Below, in pieces: positions 9,581 to 16,117 of a stretch of DNA of 64,000 bases; position 1 is the stretch's first letter; each line of letters opens with the position of its first letter. Origin of the DNA: an uncultured virus (IMG/VR IMGVR_UViG_3300035682_000026) (lineage: Duplodnaviria > Heunggongvirae > Uroviricota > Caudoviricetes); IMG/VR virus record IMGVR_UViG_3300035682_000026, one strand, 5' to 3'. Made by a program: the position numbers and the translations under genes. Under the pieces are notes generated by a model. The model had not been told where the DNA came from and ran no database searches. It saw only the letters and a program-made list of their open reading frames with translations.

Positions 9581-9832
9581 TTGTTTTTATTTAATTGTTA
9601 TTGTTTAATTATTTAACGGTACAAAGATAATAATCTTTTTTAATGTACCAAACTTTTTTTACTTTTTTTTTATAAAATCGCCAATTAGAGAAACTACCCA
9701 TGCGATTTAAAACTCTGTTGACTTCCCATCTTACTCTATTGGCGTAGGCTTTCCTCTTTATATTTGTCCACCACTTTGCCTTGGGATACATAGTCAACCA
9801 AGGCTACTCGAACAGTTTTTTTATTATCTTAC

Positions 9833-10966
9833 TTAGAACATATCACCAAAACCACCTGATTTTGATTTATCTTCTGTTGTTAATTTGTAATCAACATTGT
9901 TGTATTTTTTAACATCTACAACATTACCATCACCACTTTGAATTTTATCTGCGATTGCATCTAAGTTAGCAAACAATTCATCAGAATTCAAATCGTAGTT
10001 TTGTGTCAAGCTTTCAATATCTTTAAAGTTACCAGAACTAATAGCAATATCAGCAGAAATTGTTGAAGTAATAACTTCCAACGCATAATCACGTTCCCAA
10101 TCACTAGAGAAGCCCATTGCTGATTTAGCAGCACTAGTTGCAGCATTTAATTTCTGACCAGTTTCGTAATCTTTTTTCAACATATCAACAGTGGCATCAA
10201 AATCTGAGATTTTAATATCCATACCAGTTTCAACCATAACCAATTTTTGATTGATTTTTTTCAATACATTAAAACGAGTTCCGTATTTTACTGTGAAGTC
10301 TTTAGATTGACTTGCTTTATTAGCAACTTGCATAGATGTAGCAAGTGTTTTTTGTAGTTCAGCAGCCAAATCAACATAGTCATCTTCGCTTTTAGCATCA
10401 ACACCCATCTTAGCCACCATAGCTTCCATATCAGCTTTGATTTTCTCAGCTTTACCTCTTAGACGTAAAGTTTCTTTATCACCTTTCTCAGCTTCTTCTT
10501 TTGCTCTCAACGATTCATTTTGCATATCTTGCTGTAATGACTTTAAATTACCCTTGGCAATTCTAAATGTAGCTTGATTAGCAATCATTTTCTGTCTTGT
10601 TATTTCTAATTGACCGAATGGGTCAAATCTAATAACTGATTTGTGCATGTATCTTGTAAGAGCACGAATACCTTTAAGGATTACTGGTGCCATGATTACC
10701 AAAGCTACAACAGCAATCGCAGTAGCAACCATTGCTAAGAATTGACCTAACGCAACCATAACTGGAGGCAATACATATACCCATAATAGGTATCCAAGCC
10801 CACCAAAGAATCCTAATTTTAAGAACCAATATAAGTTCTTTTCACCTTTTCTAAAGTTATCAACCTTAGTAACAATTTGACTCTCACTATAATTTTTCAT
10901 CATAGGTAGATTCATTAAATTTGCATTTAATGTTGGAGCCGATTTAAACTGAGTTTCTGTTCCCAT
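9833..10966 (-). CDS. membrane-anchored coiled-coil protein
   Basis: Two TM helices then long coiled coil; in operon with the ABC genes. Confidence 0.7.
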   Translation of the reverse strand: MGTETQFKSAPTLNANLMNLPMMKNYSESQIVTKVDNFRKGEKNLYWFLKLGFFGGLGYLLWVYVLPPVMVALGQFLAMVATAIAVVALVIMAPVILKGIRALTRYMHKSVIRFDPFGQLEITRQKMIANQATFRIAKGNLKSLQQDMQNESLRAKEEAEKGDKETLRLRGKAEKIKADMEAMVAKMGVDAKSEDDYVDLAAELQKTLATSMQVANKASQSKDFTVKYGTRFNVLKKINQKLVMVETGMDIKISDFDATVDMLKKDYETGQKLNAATSAAKSAMGFSSDWERDYALEVITSTISADIAISSGNFKDIESLTQNYDLNSDELFANLDAIADKIQSGDGNVVDVKKYNNVDYKLTTEDKSKSGGFGDMF

Positions 10967-10972
10967 TTTTAT

Positions 10973-11698
10973 TTATTTAACATTATTATTAATCCCTTGC
11001 TTTACTGTTTGAATAGAACCTGAAATTCTATCTTTAGCCATAGTGTTAGCAGCAAGTTTGCTATCAATTTCGCTAAGTTGTGGATTATATTTGCTATCAA
11101 TTGCTGATAGTTTTCTTGTACGGTCCTCAATTTGTGTTTTCAACGCTTCTAATTGATTTCTCATATCATTTAACTCATTGGTTAAAGATTGATTCTCATT
11201 TACTTTAAGCGATTCAACTTCTTGTCTTTTAGCTTGTCCTTTAGCTACGAAATCTTCGTATACTTTTTGAATCTCACCTAAATAGAAATCAGCTTGTTGT
11301 ATTAAACTAGTTTTAGAAATTGATTTATCCATAGCTGATACCATTTGAAATGCCATCGCATAAACAGTTGGATTATCAATACCACCACTGGCAACTGATT
11401 GATAAAACTCATAGAAATCAAAACCTGGTTGATTCAATGAATCAAAACCTTTTTGATAAAGTTCTAAAGCATTGTTTAAATACTCAGACGATGGTGCACT
11501 AGTAAAAACTGGTGTAGGTGCTGGTGTAAATGTTGGAGTTGCAGTTTCCGCAGTTGGAAAACTATAGGTAGAAGCAACTGGTACTTCTGTTGTTGCTGCA
11601 GTCGGAAACTTTGTAGTTGAAGCCGATTGTTTTGCAGTCTCTGTAGGTTTATCTGTTGATGTTTCATCACTAACAATAAACAAGTCTTTAAATCCCAT
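10973..11698 (-). CDS. coiled-coil protein, first gene of ABC/OmpA operon
   Basis: 241 aa, GFDFYEF motif, TATATTTG promoter upstream. Confidence 0.7.
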   Translation of the reverse strand: MGFKDLFIVSDETSTDKPTETAKQSASTTKFPTAATTEVPVASTYSFPTAETATPTFTPAPTPVFTSAPSSEYLNNALELYQKGFDSLNQPGFDFYEFYQSVASGGIDNPTVYAMAFQMVSAMDKSISKTSLIQQADFYLGEIQKVYEDFVAKGQAKRQEVESLKVNENQSLTNELNDMRNQLEALKTQIEDRTRKLSAIDSKYNPQLSEIDSKLAANTMAKDRISGSIQTVKQGINNNVK

Positions 11699-11801
11699 TT
11701 GATTAAATTTTAAATTGTTATTTTTATTGAATGCAAATATATAATGAATATTTCACACTACCAAATAAAAATAACAATTTTTTTATTAAATATTAAATTA
11801 G

Positions 11802-11923
11802 TTGATAAGGCAGGCTTCGAACCTGCATTAATATCCAACAGTTTGTCCTCGATTTGAGGATGAGGTTTAGGATAGTCCCTTCGTTTAACTCACCATTGCG
11901 TCTACCAGTTTCGCCACTTATCA
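11802..11923 (-). ncRNA. tRNA-like RNA with ~70-nt insert replacing anticodon and variable arms
   Basis: Acceptor TGATAAG/CTTATCA, Leu-type D arm, GCAGG-TTCGAAG-CCTGC. Confidence 0.7.
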
Positions 11924-12141
11924 CATGGATATACATCCGTTATTGATTTTGATATCGTTAACACCACGTCCATTCGTGGATTTTGGGGCCGATGGTTAAC
12001 CATCGACTTCCACCACCTTATTTTGTATAGAACAAGGAAACTTTATGTTAGAACAGCGGCTCAAGGGAATAGATACTACCTAGGTTCTAGAAACCGTTCA
12101 CCCATCAAATGGATTACATGAGCTTGTTCTGTATGTGATAA

Positions 12142-12272
12142 CAAGATTAACTTTTTTCTTTTTCGTGCTCTAACCATTAAGCTAACCGCCCAGTAATATC
12201 GGACAGTATGGGACTCGAACCCATACCACGAGCTTAATAGGCTATAGATTTTTTGTTGCTGAAATAATCTTT
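12142..12272 (-). ncRNA. CWGCAA-stem ncRNA copy B containing a circularly permuted tRNA-like domain (YrlA-like)
   Basis: T-arm, loop-closed acceptor stem, then D-arm, inside AAGATTA/TAATCTT stem. Confidence 0.8.
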
Positions 12273-12282
12273 TATATCTTTT

Positions 12283-12456
12283 TTATACTCTTTTATTTAG
12301 AATTTCAAGTTCATTATTGATTCTTTTGATATCAGAATCTGTCAAAGGAACTTTAACATCCGTTGTTTTCTTTTTGGTTTTTACACCACTTTTTAATTGC
12401 TTTTCAAGCATTGTAATTACTCTAGACTGTCTAGAACGTTTTGCAGCTGTTGCCAT
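12283..12456 (-). CDS. small basic hypothetical protein (57 aa)
   Basis: MATAAKRSRQSRVITMLEKQLKSG... Confidence 0.55.
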   Translation of the reverse strand: MATAAKRSRQSRVITMLEKQLKSGVKTKKKTTDVKVPLTDSDIKRINNELEILNKRV

Positions 12457-12477
12457 AGTATTAAATTTAAATATTAG

Positions 12478-12551
12478 TGGTGCGAGATGGATTTAAACCA
12501 CCGCCACCTAGCTTTTCAGGCTAGTGCTCTATCAGGCTGAGCTATCGCACC
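12478..12551 (-). tRNA. tRNA-Phe(GAA), second copy
   Basis: Stem CTAGC/GCTAG, loop CT-GAA-AA; T loop TTTAAAT. Confidence 0.85.
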
Positions 12552-12776
12552 TTTAATGGATAAACATTTCCAAGTGTCTATCCTTAGCAGTTTTTATATC
12601 TAGCATTGGCTGAAAACTACAAAACCAGTTCAATTTTTACTCTTGGAAGAGGGATAGTTGAACTCCAACCCAGTTGATATGGTACAACTATTAAACCCCG
12701 AACTTGAGTTGTCGGCAACTCTACGTAATCCTAACATTAAACTTCCTAGGTTTTAATGAAATTCTTACACACATTG

Positions 12777-12853
12777 TGGAGAAAGCAAGAATCGAACTTG
12801 CGACCTACGGACCCAATAAAGTGACCACATTCTGCCAACTGATATATTTCCCC
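12777..12853 (-). ncRNA. tRNA-like RNA with irregular anticodon arm
   Basis: Acceptor GGGGAAA/TTTCTCC and T arm good; anticodon arm poorly paired. Confidence 0.6.
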
Positions 12854-12993
12854 ATTTGTTAGTTATGTCTGTAGGACTTCTGACATAATTCCCTATGATT
12901 ATCTTTTTACAACCCCTCATAGAACTAACGTTTTTATTTATGCAAATATATACATAACATTTCAATTAAACAAGTTTTTATTAAACTTTTTTT

Positions 12994-13887
12994 TTAAATT
13001 AATTCTATTTTGCTTAAAGGTGCCCATGTATAACCATCCTCATAAAATCCCTTATCTTGTTTTTTCACTTCTTTTTTAAATGATAATATATGTGATGCTC
13101 TTTGATTAACTAATCTACCCTCAATTGAATGACTAAATTTACTTCTATCATTTAAATAATGTTTAACTGGAACTTTATAAACTTTAGAAATACATTTTTT
13201 CAAAGTTTCAGCTAATTTCTCACTAACCGTAGCCATAGTTTGGTTACCTCTTTTATCAATGTAACCATCACCACTAAAATAACCTTCTAACATTTTTTCT
13301 AACATGTCAATTGGCATATTTATCACGTCATCAGGTATAAATTTACCATAAGAATAACGACCAAATTTATTCAAGAACTCCCATAATTCAGTATTATGTA
13401 TTGTAAATTTATATACTGTTCTTTCTTCAGATATTGTGGCAGTATATTGTAAATCACTAAGACGTTTTTTCACATATTCAAATTCATGTTTACCACAACA
13501 TAACACAACTTTATGTATATAACCGTTTCTCCTATTTTTCCTTTTATAAGAAATAACCCAACCATCAGCTATTACTCTACCTACAAACCACCAAAAATTT
13601 TCATCATTTAAATTTAAATCATTTTTTACTTTTGTGGTTAAATAATGTGGGTTTGCTACTTCAACACCATCCCACATTATTGGTATTGATTTTTGGTTTA
13701 TTTCAGTACCAATATAATCATTTTTAGTGATATCTTTTAATTCTTTTATTATTGGTGTTTTAAATAAACGTTGACGGATTTGTTTACCATCAACATATGG
13801 GAATTTAAAATACTTTTCCCTAGTTAAAAACTTAGTTTCTATTGGTAAGATTTGTTCTATTATTCCGAACCCTTTAATTTTTATCAT
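12994..13887 (-). CDS. free-standing LAGLIDADG endonuclease of intein (DOD) type
   Basis: FVGRVIADG and MLEGYFSGDG motifs. Confidence 0.85.
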   Translation of the reverse strand: MIKIKGFGIIEQILPIETKFLTREKYFKFPYVDGKQIRQRLFKTPIIKELKDITKNDYIGTEINQKSIPIMWDGVEVANPHYLTTKVKNDLNLNDENFWWFVGRVIADGWVISYKRKNRRNGYIHKVVLCCGKHEFEYVKKRLSDLQYTATISEERTVYKFTIHNTELWEFLNKFGRYSYGKFIPDDVINMPIDMLEKMLEGYFSGDGYIDKRGNQTMATVSEKLAETLKKCISKVYKVPVKHYLNDRSKFSHSIEGRLVNQRASHILSFKKEVKKQDKGFYEDGYTWAPLSKIELI

Positions 13888-13947
13888 ATTTTTTTTTACA
13901 AACATACAATAAAAATATAATTAATACAATAAAAAATATAAAATTTG

Positions 13948-14020
13948 TTGAGGAAGAGGGTTTCGAACCCTACACTACCACCCGTCTAGGTGGCCTTCTA
14001 ACCAATTAAAGTATCTCCCA
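13948..14020 (-). ncRNA. tRNA-like RNA with 6-nt anticodon loop
   Basis: D and T arms present; CCACC-TAGACG-GGTGG. Confidence 0.6.
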
Positions 14021-14115
14021 AAATTACCAGATGTTACCAGATAGAATTTAAAATATCTGTTTTTATCTGTGTTTTCACGCTTTCTCTGTAAATAAAATTA
14101 CCAGAGGTTGCCAGA

Positions 14116-14373
14116 TTATATTTCTTCTCGTAACTGATAATATAAATCATTTAACGCTTCTTTATCTGTACCCCAAATAAATTCATCTAAATGACCTTCT
14201 TCACCAGCACCCATTTCACAAACAAAAGGATTGATTAAAAAATAAACAGTTTCACCTTTAGAAAGGTGTTTATTCACCAATTTTAATTCTTCATCAGTTA
14301 AAGAATTAAACCCTTCTTTGTTCATAAGAGCCTCTAAACTCTTACCCCATTTTTTATCATTGTAATATATCAT
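14116..14373 (-). CDS. hypothetical protein
   Basis: 85 aa ORF. Confidence 0.6.
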   Translation of the reverse strand: MIYYNDKKWGKSLEALMNKEGFNSLTDEELKLVNKHLSKGETVYFLINPFVCEMGAGEEGHLDEFIWGTDKEALNDLYYQLREEI

Positions 14374-14385
14374 AACTAATTTTTT

Positions 14386-14913
14386 TTATTCTGACACATA
14401 CTTAAATGTCGTTAATTCAAATTTGTACCAAATTGTCCTAGACCAATCACTAGCTGCCCATGCTTTAAACTTAGGCCATTTAGTTATTAAAGCTTGTTTG
14501 AATGGTTCTATTTCTTTTTTAACATTTTCATTAGCTTCATTTAGAAACGTAATATAAACTTCCCTATTTTCTTTGTTAACAGTTTTTCTTCTTTCTCTTT
14601 CAAGTGTAATTTCTGGAAAAGCTGTTTGAACATTTTTAAAACCCAACGGTGTTGTTGGTGGATATTTTGGCTCACGCTCATTCAACATTTCAACCCCAGT
14701 AACTTGTTCAAATGAAAGATTTGCTTTATATATTTGTTTAAATTCACGTAATTTTTCTTCAAATGATTCAACATCTTTGTTATATTCCTCAACACTATCA
14801 TTCATACTTTTTACATATTCTTTACCATCGATTGATGGGTCTAAAACACATACAATGAATTCACCTTCTCCTGGTTCTGAATAACTAATCGCTTCAATTC
14901 TATTATTTTTCAT
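14386..14913 (-). CDS. hypothetical protein
   Basis: ORF with TATCTTTG promoter upstream. Confidence 0.65.
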   Translation of the reverse strand: MKNNRIEAISYSEPGEGEFIVCVLDPSIDGKEYVKSMNDSVEEYNKDVESFEEKLREFKQIYKANLSFEQVTGVEMLNEREPKYPPTTPLGFKNVQTAFPEITLERERRKTVNKENREVYITFLNEANENVKKEIEPFKQALITKWPKFKAWAASDWSRTIWYKFELTTFKYVSE

Positions 14914-14982
14914 ATCTAACAATTTTAATTAGGGTACAAAGATAATCATTAATTTCAATTAAACAAATTTATTTTTTTTTTG

Positions 14983-15055
14983 TGGAGCTACTCGGACTCG
15001 AACCGAGTTCTGCTGGGTGCAAGCCAACTATTTTTGCCTGGTAAACTATGGCCCC
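14983..15055 (-). tRNA. tRNA-Ala(TGC)
   Basis: G3-U70, loop CT-TGC-AC. Confidence 0.9.
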
Positions 15056-15058
15056 AAT

Positions 15059-15109
15059 TTTCTAATTCTACGCTTACAATATGTAGTTCTATGAATTAGT
15101 AACAGTCTC
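15059..15109 (-). ncRNA. inter-tRNA structured motif, copy 2
   Basis: Same conserved flanks as 2896..2953, different inner hairpin. Confidence 0.55.
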
Positions 15110-15116
15110 ATCTGTG

Positions 15117-15188
15117 CGGTCTATGACGGTAACGCTCCGTCTACTCAACAGTGACAGTGTTGGATGATAACTTTTTCACCAATAGACC
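15117..15188 (-). tRNA. tRNA-Asp(GTC)
   Basis: Loop CT-GTC-AC, G73; atypical T loop AGCGTTA. Confidence 0.85.
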
Positions 15189-15196
15189 AATTTTTG

Positions 15197-15268
15197 TAGC
15201 CCCACGGAGAATCGAACTCCGATTTACTGGTCGAAAACCAGTCGTCCTAACCGTTAGACGATAGGGCC
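15197..15268 (-). tRNA. tRNA-Glu(TTC)
   Basis: Stem ACTGG/CCAGT, loop TT-TTC-GA. Confidence 0.92.
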
Positions 15269-15424
15269 AAATTTGGAAGGTACTGCCTTAGAGTGACACC
15301 TTCCAGGAGCGTTCTTGACAAGAACACACAAGACCATCGAATCTTACGATTTCCATTGGATTAATGCTTTCAGTTGTTCTCGTACAACTGATACCCTTCG
15401 ATACTGGTAAGTAAAACGCTCTAG

Positions 15425-15498
15425 TGGACCCCCTCGGACTCGAACCGAAACCTCTAGTTCTTCAGACTAACGTGACACACCATTTACACCAGAGGTCC
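15425..15498 (-). tRNA. tRNA-Phe(GAA)
   Basis: Loop CT-GAA-GA, acceptor GGACCTC/GGGGTCC. Confidence 0.9.
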
Positions 15499-15513
15499 AA
15501 TTATTTATTGCAT

Positions 15514-15543
15514 AAAAAAAGCCTGACTTATTAGGTCAGGCTT
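15514..15543 (-). terminator. attenuator terminator of tRNA operon 2
   Basis: AAGCCTGAC-CTAATAA-GTCAGGCTT followed by U tract. Confidence 0.9.
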
Positions 15544-15568
15544 ATCATTTTTATTATTAACTTAAACG

Positions 15569-15655
15569 TTAACTTATGACAGTGTTTGACCTTCCTTGTG
15601 AGTAATCCTCAAAGGCTGCAGTTTCAAATCTAAAATCGTTAGTTAATGTTCTCAT
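15569..15655 (-). CDS. leader peptide 2 MRTLTNDFRFETAAFEDYSQGRSNTVIS
   Basis: Core DFRFETAAFED has 9 of 11 residues F/E/D/A. Confidence 0.8.
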   Translation of the reverse strand: MRTLTNDFRFETAAFEDYSQGRSNTVIS

Positions 15656-15687
15656 TGTTTTTATTTTAAGGGTTTCCCCGTTTGATT

Positions 15688-15729
15688 AATAAATATATGC
15701 AAATATACGAATGTTTTATTAATAATCAA
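15688..15729 (-). promoter_or_regulatory. promoter of tRNA operon 2
   Basis: TTG...CGTATATTTGCATATATTTATT, as for operon 1. Confidence 0.8.
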
Positions 15730-15775
15730 GTTTTTTTTAAACTTTTTTTTAAATTATTTTTTAAAAGATTGATTA

Positions 15776-16117
15776 TTAGTCTTCTATAGGTTCTAAATTT
15801 ATAATTTTAGCTTGTTTTACTGCTACTTCAGCTTCTTTATCGGTAAGATTTCCAAAGGTAATATCATTAATATCGAACTCAAAAGTGATTAAAACTTCAT
15901 TATCCGCTAATCCTGAGTAATAATTTAAGACATATTCTTTGTTTGGACTCATATAAATTCCGTTTCCTGGCATTGATATTGTTTTACCTAATTCGGGTTT
16001 AAATGTTAACTTTGAATTGGCACCAGCAATAAGAATACCATTTTCATATCTCATTACTTTATAACCAATTTCTTTTCCTAGCCCTTCTTTAAGAAGTTTT
16101 CTAATTAGGTCTTTCAT
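15776..16117 (-). CDS. hypothetical protein with MKxLIxxxLxE N-terminus, possible ART-like fold
   Basis: MKDLIRKLLKEGL; GIYMS. Confidence 0.6.
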   Translation of the reverse strand: MKDLIRKLLKEGLGKEIGYKVMRYENGILIAGANSKLTFKPELGKTISMPGNGIYMSPNKEYVLNYYSGLADNEVLITFEFDINDITFGNLTDKEAEVAVKQAKIINLEPIED

